Below are positions 25,244 to 38,300 of a stretch of DNA of 64,000 bases, one piece after another; position 1 is the first letter of the stretch, and each line of letters starts with the position of its first letter. The notes under the pieces are model-generated. The model had not been told where the DNA came from. It saw nothing but the letters and a program-made list of their open reading frames with translations, and did no database searches. Location of the stretch: contig CM097884.1 of the NCBI GenBank assembly GCA_044892505.1, positions 27,838,001 through 27,902,000 on the forward strand, given 5' to 3'. The stretch comes from Schmidtea nova. Taxonomy: Eukaryota. The position numbers and the translations under genes are program-made.

Positions 25244-25298
25244 GAGGCCAATGAGCCATATTGAATGACCTAGCTAGGCGTTATGAGAGATTAAGTTA

Positions 25299-25700
25299 AG
25301 GCCAAGAGAGCCATTTGAGAGATTAAATTGAGGCCAAGAGAGCCATTTGAGAGATTAAATTAAGGCCAAGAGAGCCATTTGAGAGATTAAATTGAGGCCA
25401 AGAGAGCCATTTGAGAGATTAAATTAAGGCCAAGAGAGCCATTTGAGAGATTAAATTGAGGCCAAGAGAGCCATTTGAGAGATTAAATTAAGGCCAAGAG
25501 AGCCATTTGAGAGATTAAATTAAGGCCAAGAGAGCCATTTGAGAGATTAAATTGAGGCCAATAGAGCCATATGAGAGATTAAATTGAGGCCAATAGAGCC
25601 ATTTGAGAGATTAAATTGAGGCCAATAGAGCCAGGTGAGATAGTAAAATGAGGCCAATAGAGCCATGTGAGATATAAAATTGAGGCCAGAAGAGCCATAG
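25299..25700 (+). repeat. Tandem array, 13 copies of a 32-bp unit AGGCCAAGAGAGCCATTTGAGAGATTAAATT(G/A)
   Basis: AGGCC recurs every 32 nt from 25299 to 25683; the unit degenerates toward the 3' end. Confidence 0.95.
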
Positions 25701-26315
25701 TGAATTATAGAGATATCCGGATAAATAGTAACAGAGGGAATATAGACCCTTAGTATAATCGTCGACGAGATTGAGAGTAATGCGCACCAGTAGTTAAGAA
25801 AATGCGAGTAAAGCTGATTATGCAACCTTAAGTAAAGCATGCAAGGAGAATAGTAAAAAATTTTTTTTGGCTGACCGGAACAACCGGCAGAATAAGTAAA
25901 AACGATTGCTAGCAGGGAATAATGAATAGAAATGATAAAATAATGATAAACGAGTCAGAAAGACTCAGGGAATTAGAGCGCTCGAGCGACCAATAAATTG
26001 GGAAACTGTGGGAAAAGTAATCAATTTGATAAAACATAGATAATTATTACGACGTAAATAGATAATTGTGACCAGTCTATAGATAATTTAAATAGACTAA
26101 AAATAAAGGGGAATCTGGGAATTGGGAAATAATGAAAACCCAGTAATAAGTAATCCCGAAAGAAAGGGAATAAAAGCGCGACGATAACAATAATGTATCG
26201 TTGAGGACCTTTGTATTTTAGATATACCAATCAATCAAATCAATCAATCAAGCAAGAAGAATCAGAAAACGATAAGAGATAGAACAGGAAAATTGAGTAT
26301 ACAAAAGTAATCCCC

Positions 26316-29300
26316 TTGAGAAAAGGAGCAAAGAGTGTCGTAGTAAAGCCAACGGAAAAGAAAGTCGGTAGCAACAGTAATAAAAAAGACAAAAATAGTA
26401 CTACAACAAAATCAACAAAAAAGCAGAAAGCCGGCAAAGATAACCCACAAGGGAGTAAATCGAGGAAAATAATAAGAGATAAATCGATTACCGAGAACGA
26501 TAAATTGTCAATAATAAGCAACAGCTCAAGTAACAAAGAAAACCAAGCCGAACCCAAAGAGAACCAAGCAAGTGAACTAGAGAGCGACGAAACTAACAAC
26601 GATAATATCGAAGAAATAGAACACGAGATAGAACAAGAAGGAGAAATCGACGAAACTAACAACGATAATATCGAAGAAGTAGAAAACGAGGTAGAACCAG
26701 AGATAGAAATCAACGCGAGTGATAACGAAAGTATAATATCAGATAACGAAGGAATAAGAGAAACAGAAAGCGATTCAAGCTCGAGTAAAACGGAAGACGA
26801 ACATAACAACGAACTAGAAACAAGAGGAAACGAAAGTAAAATAACTCAAGACAGCGGAATTGAAATGGGCGAACCAAGAGAAGAAATAAAGGATAAATTT
26901 TCAGGAGAACCGTTTAACGGAGATGCGAGTAAATTAGAAACCTTTTTAAAAGAATTTGGCATATTCGTGGAAGTATGCAAGTGGAAAGCGGAAACAACAG
27001 TAAGCAGAATTCAGTTATATTTGAAAGATAGTGCATTGGACCTATATTTGGAAGCGAAAAATGGTACCAATCCACCTACAAGCTGGACAGCGATAAAGGA
27101 TTTTTTCCAACAAACATTTGGAATAAATAAAGTGCTAAGCGAGGCATTCATAGAATTTTCAAAGAGGAAACAAAAGATGAATGAATCTAATGCGGTATAC
27201 GCGAGTGAACTGAAAAAATTAGCAAAATCGGTATTCAAGGATGGAGGTCCAATAAACGAGGAGTTAATGGCAGCCATCTTCATAGGAGGACTAAGAAGAC
27301 CCGACATAAGAGCGCAAGTAGGATGTCAAGGATGCAAAACCATAGATCAAGCATTAGAAACAGCTAACCGATTTGAATTGCATATGATAGGAAGCGAAGG
27401 CAGAATTTATTTAGCCATGGACACAGCGCAAACCGAACCAGAAGTAAATCTCAACAATCACATTCCAAATTCGCAACAATTAAACCGACCACCCCCTCAA
27501 CGAAGGAATGAAGGAAATAAAGTGCAGAACTTTGAAAATCAAAACAATTACAACCCTCAAAGACAAACAAAACAATGTAAAACATGCGGGAAATTGGGAC
27601 ACTGGCAACAAGAATGCTATCAAAATTTGAATTGCGGAAAATGTGGAGTTAAAGGACATTCGGAGAGTAGATGTTCTACAATAATCTGTTTTAATTGCGG
27701 ACGACCTGGTCACTATTCAAGAAATTGCGGACAAAAAAGTAATCAACGAGGAAACTGGCAGAGTAATGGGAACCGACCAAATTACGGAAATCAAGCAAAT
27801 ACCGTAAACCGACCAGACTATGGGAACCAACAAAACAACAATAACAATAATCAGAACAAAACCACCCCCAAAGAAATTCATTTGATGCAAGAAGTTCAAA
27901 GGTTGACGGAACTGATAAACAATACGACGAGAGGAAATCCGCAAACCAATCAACAGCAAATTAGCATGATGAGAAAAATAGAAAGCGAAAACGAACGATT
28001 GAATCGAGAAAGTCAAGCACGACACGCTCAGGAATGGGCAAGAATACAAAGAGAGGATGAACAAAAACAGCAAGAAAGAGAACGACAACCTCTAAGAATT
28101 AACATGCTAAGAGCAACAAACCAAACAGACACTCGCGAGAAAGAAACCACACTGGAAATGAATTCGATAGACCCGAACCCAGCCGACAACGAAAGTCGAA
28201 AAGAAATAGTACAAAAAGATGAAGAAGTAGAAAAAGAAATAAAAAAGGAAGGGGAAACTGAGATAAACCAAGAAGAGAGAAGAAAAATTTGGAAAAAAGG
28301 AATGATGGTAATCATGCCCAACGACCATATGTTTCGATTCCAATATAACGCAAAAGAAAAGGTGGAAATACTGTTCAATAAAGTAAACCAGATGATTCCA
28401 GGAGTGACAAAACTGCCCAGAGAAGCGTTCTTACAAATAGGAGATGCACCATCAGTAAAATTGAAATTACCGGATATATGGGAAAACGTGGGAGTAACAG
28501 AGACAAAAAGAAATGTGATGAGAATTAAAGAAATAGAATCAGAAGAAATTCCACCACCAATACGTCACGAAACCCGAATCCGGCGAATATTTGAAGGAAA
28601 AATGATAAGAAGACGTTTAAAAGAGATAGACGAGTTGGGAAAGAAAATGGAAAAAGTCGAAGTAATAGAAGACAAGAGTGAACCAACACCAGAAATTGAC
28701 AAAAACGAACCAGAACCAACGGAGAATATACAAGGAGAAACGAACCAAATAGCACATATTAATATGCTAAGAAATACCACCAGAGAGTTTTCCGATGAGG
28801 AAGAAGATAGTGACATCAGCAGCCTAGCAGGAGACATATTAAACGAATCCGAAGACGAAAATAAAGAGAGAGAAGTAATAAAGACCTCAGAACCTACACA
28901 GATAAAAGTAGATGAAATCCAGAAATTATTAGATAACTCGCTAGAGGTAATATATAACGAAGAGTTCATGGACAAGAAACAATATCGGAAATTCATGAAA
29001 GCATTATTACAAATGAACTACAAAGAATGGTTACAAGATCGGGAAATAGACATGTTAAATCGATACGTAGGGAAATTAATAGAGGAACCACTCCTCAATT
29101 ACACCATCTCAATAATAATAAATACATCTACACCAAGAATCTGGATCAAAACTCCATTTACAGACGATATCTACAGATGGGTAGAGGATAGACTAGGGAG
29201 CTCATATAAAAACAAATTCATCTATTCGCAGAATAGACTCGTAAAGAGAAGAACGCACTTAGTGGAAACAGGTATATGGCCAGGAGAAATAACTCTGTTA

Positions 29301-32300
29301 TCAATATGCGATGAAAAGGAAGAAGAGAACCTACAAGAAGTTGCAAGGGAGGCAAACACGTGCTTCGAAAGGAGAATAAAACCTCGGTTAGAATACGAGA
29401 AAGAACGAGTCTTACGAAAGAATCTAAATTCCCTGATAGAACAAATCATACCACAAGTCAAAAAACATAGAAAAGAGTTAATGAGAAGCGAATACGAGAA
29501 ACTGAAACGATGTATTGAGTGCATACGTGACACAAGTCACACGAGATGGTCACAAATCTCACACGACAAATTAATCGCAAAAATGGGAAAAACAATGTTC
29601 AGACAAGGAAAAATAACAGATCTAAAAATTTCGGTAGAATTACCTAATGAGGACACCAAAGAAATCGAAGTGGTAGCGGATTGCACCATTAGGGAATTAA
29701 TAAATGTCATCAACGAGACACTAGTGCAAAGAGAACCAGAAGACGAATGGGAAGACGACATAATCATACAATACAACGAACATGTATTATGGGATCACGA
29801 TGAGAGACGACTATATAAAATCGGTATATGGGATAATCACCAAACCATCCACGTTAGCAGAATGGACGATACACCAAGAGAAACTGCTAAAGACGAGAAA
29901 AAAGAACGGGAACGACGGAAAGAAGTTGTGCGTAAATTACAACAAATAGTAGAAATTTATCGAAATTGGCGAATTTGGCCAGAGTGGGAAAATGTATTAG
30001 AAAAACTCAATCTCAACAGACGAATACGAACACCCGTAGAAAAACAATGGAACGAGAAAGGAAAATGTTGGGAACCAAAAGAAGGGGAATATGAAGAGGA
30101 ATATAAAAGAGGAATTGAAGATGACTGCGAACCAGAGATAGGAAGAGTTTGCATGGTAACAAGGAAAGCTACGCCAATAGACCTAGATGGACCAGAAACC
30201 GCGGCTATGTGGCTAGAAAGGGAAAAGCAAAAAACGGAAGAATTTGTCGAAATATTAAAAACTAATGCGCACGGTAAGAGAAAAGTAATAAAGGGTCTCG
30301 CAGATTTTTTCGTGGTAAATGGGGAAGATATAACATGCTTGCGTAAAGTAGCAAAAGCAATCGCGGAATATAAAAGAGTTAACGAGTGGTGTCCGGAACA
30401 ACTAGACCACGTAATTAGGAAATGGAGAAATCAAGAATTCTCGCAGGAAATTCCACAGAAAGTACATTTAAGAATAATATACCCAAACAAGGATAAGGAA
30501 GAGTTGTGGGTAGGAATAGCAGAAAAAATTCGAGATATTAAAAAGAAATTGAGATACGAACCACCATTCCATTTACAACACCAAGGACGATCATTAGATA
30601 ACAGTTTGGAAATCGGAATAACACCAGCACAATTAGACCTCATGAATACCTTGACAGTAGAAGCAATAGCGGGTCAACCATTGAAACGTAAAGAAGAAAA
30701 CCATAAACCACACGGAAGTATAAGCACGCCGAGCCCGATCAAATCAGCACTAACACCAGGGACAAGTTCGAGACGATCTGAGACAACACCCAGAGGAAAT
30801 AGAGAAAGGACTCCACCACAACCATATGACGTGGACGAAATATTTACAGACAGCGACGATATGATAGAAGAATTAACCGAATTAACAAAGGAAAAAGACG
30901 ACAATATTTTTGAAAGAATACAAGAATTACCTACGACAATACAAGTAACCAACACCGGAGAAACAGAAGTCGAACAGGAAATAATAGTAGAAGAAGTCAA
31001 CGATTTAACAGAAGATGAAACCAGAGGAGCGTATGCCGAAAATGTACAATTAACCCAGGAAATGGAAAGATGGTTAGAAGAAAGAGCTAACGAACCAAGA
31101 GATGTCACGGAAGAAACAGGACGGGCAACAAGGTTTGTGGAAACAGGTACAGGAATGGATAGACGACCTCGAGGTAGACCCAAGACAGATCCAGCAACAG
31201 TAGTTATCAGAAATAAGGATGAAAAGAGACAAGATCAATGGGAATTATGTTTAAAGAAATTAAACAAAATCGCGGAGATAAAAGAAAAAGAAACAACACC
31301 AATATGTCAAGGGGAGGAATGGATATCAAAAACAATAATGGAGATATTGGCAATAATTGATCCGGAATTGAGAAAATACTGGCGCTTAACTGAGATAAGC
31401 GAAAAGGCGAAGTCATTACACAGCGCAATCGCACCCATCTTACCGGAATTCATAAAAGAAAAGACGAAATCAAATCACTTAGACTGGCAAGGAACCACTA
31501 TGTTAATAAAGAAACTGACAGAAGGAGCGGAAACAGATAACAAATACGTAATAGCTATTGCATACACGATCTACAATCTGTTGACACTGAGTAGAGGTCG
31601 ACCAAAACCCACTGCATTAGAGAGACATATAAAAAATACCGCAAAGATTATAGCTAGAGAAATAGAACCCTACGTCATTAACAAAGGAGGATGGGAAACA
31701 TTTATAAAAACTAACCAGAAGAAAACGCAAGCCAAGAATATGAAAAAGAAATTCGAAAAAATATTGGAAGAGTTAGCAAAAGAACAAGCAGGAACGGGAA
31801 ACGTGAAGTCATCAATGAATTTGAGTTCTATAATAATGATGATGTTGATATGGATGATTAGCACCGATAGCGCAACAGCATTCGAAGTGTTTGATTGCGA
31901 CCAAATGAAGTTAGGAGAAAAGTATTCATTGAGAGGTACGGAGCAATGCAAAGATGCGACTCCAGTAGAGTTGCAAAAGATTAAAAAGGAACAATGGTAC
32001 CACGTGTATCAAGAAGCAGAACTCATAAAGACAATGGTGAATGAATGTAAGGTGCAGAAGACGAGATTCGCATTCTACTGCGGGAGAGGACACTATTCAG
32101 CAATTGTCATGCCAGGAACGGAAAGAGAACCAATCGTGTTACAAGGAGAAGACTGCGAAGCACTGTTTAAACATGGAGAAGTAACAACAAGAGATAAAAT
32201 CAAGATAAGAGGAAAGCCAGGAATGATGATGCAACAGACGTACTATGTAGCAGGACGGATTACGGGAGGAGAAGGATATTGTCAAGGAGAAACCTACCCG

Positions 32301-35300
32301 ATATTCGGAGTACCCGCAACCAACTTAGTGGTGATGGATACGTATATAGTCGAATTGAAAAGCTATGAAGCATTCTTTGAACCAACAACGGGAGAAATGA
32401 AAACGTTATCCATGTGTAAAATCGACAGGAGCATGTGTCAAACGGGAATGTCAACATTAGTGTACAAACCAAAGGTAAACGAATGTCAGTTACAACTGCT
32501 ACAAGGAGCAAAGTTCGACGAAATCCAAGGAAAAACGTTCCAGGAAGAAGACGATGACGACAAAGATAGAGCAAAGCATCTCAAGGAAGCTTTAGAGAAT
32601 AAAAGACAACTGAAACCAGATCATAGAGAAAAACGAATAGAGATGAGAGCCACACCAACAGTATTGATAACCACAAATCAAGATGTGGGAATGAGATTCA
32701 TAAAAGGGAAAGCAACCCTTAAGTGTAGTACAACGGTATACGAAACGAATTATCCAGGAATATATGTGTCAAAACAAGAAGTGCCAAATGCGAAACCCAA
32801 AATCGACACAATGGATATCAAACTACACCTATATGTGAATAATAAAATGGATTTCCTATTCCATAGAGGACAAGCCTCATTACAAAAAGTGTATTACGAT
32901 CTGATAAACAATGATTGCATACTGAATCGAGAAATATTAAAGACAAAGTTGGCCGTAGCGATTACGAATCCAGATAGCGCGATGCCATTATTACCACTGA
33001 GAGAAGGACATTTCGGAAGAGTGGTTGGAGAAGCAATGTATGTATACATTTGCGAAAAGACACACGCGTCGCTAGCAGCAACAACGCAGTTGAAACCTGG
33101 AACCTGTACAAATGAGTTAGAAATCGATTACAAAGGAAAAGTACGATACGTTCAACCGGTGACGAGAATCATCAATCCACCAGGGTTTGAACCAAATCCA
33201 TTCAACTGTAGTAATGCGTACGGACCACTTTATCAAAAACCAGATGGTAAATGGGTTATGTTCCCAGGAAGATCCGAAGTGATAGCACCAAGAGAATTCG
33301 AGCTAATGCAGTTGTCAAAGGATAGGCAATTCAGCGACGTAGATGTCTCAAACAATGGAATATATAGCCCAAAAGATTTAGAAGCAGCAAGGCAGAATAT
33401 ATTATTCCCAGCGAGAAGAGAAGCATTACTGTCAAATATCGTAACGATAACAGGAGGAACGGATTATCGAGAAGGACCAAATTATGAACTATTGTTGTCA
33501 CCAGCACATTTCAAGAAAGCCACCGAAAATATGATGAAAGCAATGTGGGGAAGATTCTTGATATTCGGACAAATGATGGCTGGAATACTAGGGGTAATAT
33601 TAATAATCCAAATCGTCAGAGTGATAATAACGCAAATGCTCGCGTGTTTTGACATCTACAAGAGAGAAAAGAAAGTGAATTGGAAAATGGTAGTAGGGTT
33701 TTTACCATTCCTTGCGAAAACAATGGTGTTACACGGTCACTCAAAAGATATCCACCGAATAAAAAGACTCCTGAAGATATTAGCAAAAATGAAGGGAACA
33801 GACGAGGAAGTAGGACGCAAATTTAAAAAGATAATGAATGACGAACAAGCAAGACAACAGCTCAAGAGAGAAAGAAAAGGTTTATGGGAGAGGATGAAAG
33901 GATATAAAACCCAAAATGATTCAAGTGACGACGACGATGACGATGACGACTATAAGGGAGGACAAGTGTATAAGAACCAAGCACCACAATACATCGAAAA
34001 GAATCCAGCCGACGCATGGAAATGTTACGCACCTCCACCAACCCTGTATCAAGAACCACTACAAGGAGGAAAAAATAGCACGATGCAAATGATGCCAATG
34101 ACAAATGTATACCCCATGATACCAGAAGATTATAAAATGAGAAGATGTAGAAGCGTAGATCCACAAGGAGATACACACACGATCGCAGTAATGTCATCAA
34201 ACACAGGTCCAGTATTAACCACGACAATAGAGATTAACGGAAGGGAAATCGAAGCAATGATCGACACGGGAGCAAACATTTCCGCCATCGACATCAAATG
34301 GATACCACAAGAGCAAAGACGAGAAATAGAAAGGACAAACGTCCATGTAATTGCATGTAGCAAAGAAGTTGTAGAAGTAGCAGGAAGATGGTGGGTAAAA
34401 ATACGCCATTTAAACACGGAAATCGATACGTACGTAGCTGTCATACCAGCATTAAGCGTACCTTGCATTATCGGAACAGATTTGATGCCAGCACTATTTA
34501 ATGAGATTGTAATCGACCTCGGAACAATGAGACTAAAAGATCGCACAGGACAAATATGCGCAATAGAAGCCAAAGTGACAAGTTCAAAGCAAATGATAAT
34601 ACCCGCAAGAAAGGAGAAAATATGTTACGTAAAAATAGATCCGACAATCCAAGGGGATATGATTTTCGAACCAAGTAAGAGATTCGAGAAAAGAAAAGCG
34701 TTGCCAATGGCAAGAGGACTAGTTAACATAAACGATGATGGAGAAATCCCAATAAACGTAGTAAACTTCGATGAAGAGGACAAAATAATATACGAAAACG
34801 AAAGATTAGGTAAATTAACCCCAATGATGGACATCGAACTACCAATAGAAGGGGCAGAGAAAGATAAAGAGCCAACCTGGAATATTGATAGTGAATTATT
34901 AAATGAGGATCAAAGGAAGCAGCTAGAAAAACTCCTGATAGAGTATAAGGATATATTTGCAGCATCCGATTTAGATCTAGGAACATGTGATGTCACACTA
35001 CATACAATACCATTAACAGATGAAACACCAATTGCATTAAGGCCGTACAAATTAGCGGAAGCACAGAAAGCAGTAGCAGAAGCAGAAGTGAAGAAAATGT
35101 TGGATGCAGAAGTAATCGAACCAAGTTGTTCACCCTGGCAATTTCCAGTGGTAATGGTAAAGAAGAAAGATGGAACACAGAGATTCTGTATAGATTATCG
35201 AAGATTGAATACAGTGACAAAAAGGGATACTTACCCATTACCAGACATTAATGAAATGCTATTAACATTACAAGGAGCAGCATATTTTACATCGTTAGAT

Positions 35301-38300
35301 CTGAAAAGCGGATATTGGCAAATAAAAATGAAGGAAGAAGATAAAGAGAAAACTGCCTTTACCATCGGTAGAGATTTATATCAATTTCGAAAAATGCCAT
35401 TTGGATTAACGAACGCACCAGCATCATTTCAGAGATGCATGAATTTCGTCACCCACGGAATAAAGCAGTGCATGGTCTACATCGACGACTTATTGATTTA
35501 CTCTAGTACATTCGAACAACACATACAGGATATTCGAGATGTATTCGTTAGACTTAGACAATGGAAGTTAAAACTCAAGCCATCCAAGTGTGACTGGGCG
35601 AAAGAGAAAGTAACATTTTTAGGACATATAGTGTCAGCAAAAGGAAAAGAACCGGATCCTAGAAATATCGACAAGGTAAAAGAATGTCCAGTACCAAAAA
35701 CAATAACCCAGATACAAGAGTTTCTTGGGTTGTGTGGATACTACAGAAAGTTTATAAAAGATTACGCCGGAATAGCAAAACCTATACAGGAACTGGTAAA
35801 GAAAGATGTATCATTCATATGGGGAGATGAACAACAAACAGCCTTTGAAACGTTGAGAGATAAATTGATAACCGCACCCATATTGGTACACCCAGACTTT
35901 AAGAAGCCATTCCTACTTGCAACAGATGCAAGCGGATATGCAGCAGGAGCCGTATTAGGACAATACGACGACGAAGGAAAGGAACGCGTAATCGGATATT
36001 ATAGCCGGACATTCAAAAAGCATGAGAAAAATTACTCAGTAACAGAACGGGAAGCACTAGCAATTATATTAGCTATTAAACACTTTAAATATTTACTATG
36101 GGGTCACATCATCTGCATAACAACAGATCACCAACCGCTTGTATGGTTAGGACAGCACAAGGAAACATCCAGTAGATTAATGCGATGGGCAATGCAGTTA
36201 CAGGAGTACTCACCGGACATAAAATTTAAATCAGGAAGAGCGAATGCGAATGCAGATTGTATGTCAAGACTGACATTTCCAGAACTAACCGATCCTGATG
36301 TACAACGAATTTGTGTATTAATAGCGGAGGATTTAGATTTTAGTGAGTTAAAGAAAGATCAACAAGAAGACAAAGAATTAGGACAAATCATAGAGTTCCT
36401 AACATCTCGAAATATGGAAGTATTCAAGGATAATAAGGAACTAAAGGAACATATAGGAAAATATCAACATCGCTACATAATAAATAAAGGATGGTTGTTA
36501 ATACAAGACGGAGAAAAGAGATTGATGTGTTTACCGGAAAACAGAAGGAAAGAGATAATGATCCAGTACCATGATGGGAAATTAGGAGGTCATATGTCCG
36601 AGAAGAAGACAATAAACCGTATGAGACAAAAATATTATTGGCGAACAATGGAAGAAGATATAAAGGAATGGATTAAAAATTGTCTAACTTGTGCAACCAG
36701 AAAGGATAGTGGGAGGAAATGGAAAAACCCGCTACAACCAATGCCGATACCAGCAGAGCCAATGACAACTATAGCAATGGACGTAATAGGACCATTACCG
36801 GAAAGTCTAAACGGAAATATTTATATATTGGTAATAACGGATTATCTGACGAAATTCCCGGAAGCATTTGCCATGCAAGACCAAAAAGCAAAAACCGTAG
36901 CAAAAATTCTAGTGGAAGAAATATGTTGCAGATACGGAACTCCAAAACAAATACTCACAGACCAAGGAACTAATTTTATGAGTGAGTTATTAAACGAGGT
37001 GACAAACTATTTCAGAATAGCAAAATTGAGAACTTCACCATATCACCCGCAAACGAATGGACAAACGGAGCGATTCAACGGCACATTGATTAGAATGTTA
37101 TCAAACTACGTCAGCAAACACCAAACTGACTGGGACGAATACATAAAATTATGTTTAATGGCATACCGAATGTCGATACATGCAGCAACAAAACTAAGCC
37201 CATTTCAACTTATGTATGGAAGAGAATGCAACATGCCCATAGATTTAGAGTATCAGCCACCATTATCGCAATATATGGAAGATGACGACTACGTAACCAA
37301 ATTCAAAGAAAGAATGCAGGAGATATGGAAAACGGCAGAACTCAACATTAAATTTTATCAGGAAAGTTATAAGGATTTACACGACCAGAAGAAAAATGTT
37401 AAAGCGAACGACCTAAAACCAGGAGATTGGGTGATAATAGAAACTCCCGAAATAATACCAGGAACTGTTAAGAAACTCCAAAGACCTGGAAGAGGACCTT
37501 ATGAAATTATATACAAAAAGGACAACAATGTCAAAGTTAAGCTAATAAATCGACCGTTAATACGACCCATATATGTAAACACCTGCAGATGTAAGAAGGT
37601 GCCTAAAACGATAACTACAACACCAGAAAATCGAATAATAACTAGATCACAAACAGCCAGGATAAATATGCTCAGAGCTAACGCAACTGAAGACGACAAA
37701 GCAGAAATAAGGCAAAAGGAAATCAGAAATAAAGAAATCATATTGAAGGCGAGAGAGATAATGGGAAGATGGCATGTTAGAGACGAAGCAGGCATATCAA
37801 GGGATATTAGACATATAATTAGCCGTTACGCACAAGGATTACCAACCGAACCAATTATTTCTGAATTATTGGAAAAAATCCCTGAAATACTCTTATTGAA
37901 AGATGTAGGAGGACAACCAGCCTTACATAATGCGATAGAGTGTAAAAACATGGAAAGAGCAAAAGAATTCCTAAAAATCGCAAAAGAAACAAACCAAAAC
38001 TTGGACGTAGGGAATCGGGAACGAGAAACTCCATTAATGACAGCCGCAATCCACCAAGCAGATAAAGAAATGATAGATCTATTGATAAAAGCTCATTTCA
38101 GTTGGACAGAACGAGATAGAGAAGACAAAACAGTACTAAATCACGTAATATGGAGTTCTCACCAACCAATGCTGAAATACATAATAGCTAACTGCACTTG
38201 GGAGATAGACGAATTGGTTAAAAGAGACATTATCAAAGAGGCAATCAAAATTGGTAAATGCAACACGATCCGTAAGTTAATCAAATGGAAACGACCAGAA

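Noticed and set aside
24865-25700. CRISPR array
   Set aside because: Units are head-to-tail with no unique spacers, there are no cas genes, and the context is a eukaryotic retroelement.
33990-34140. Viral late-budding domains (PPPTLY, YPMI) in the Env tail
   Set aside because: Neither matches PPxY or YPxL exactly; too short to support.
34560-34830. dUTPase after the protease
   Set aside because: Beta-rich spacer common in Gypsy pol; no dUTPase catalytic motifs visible.
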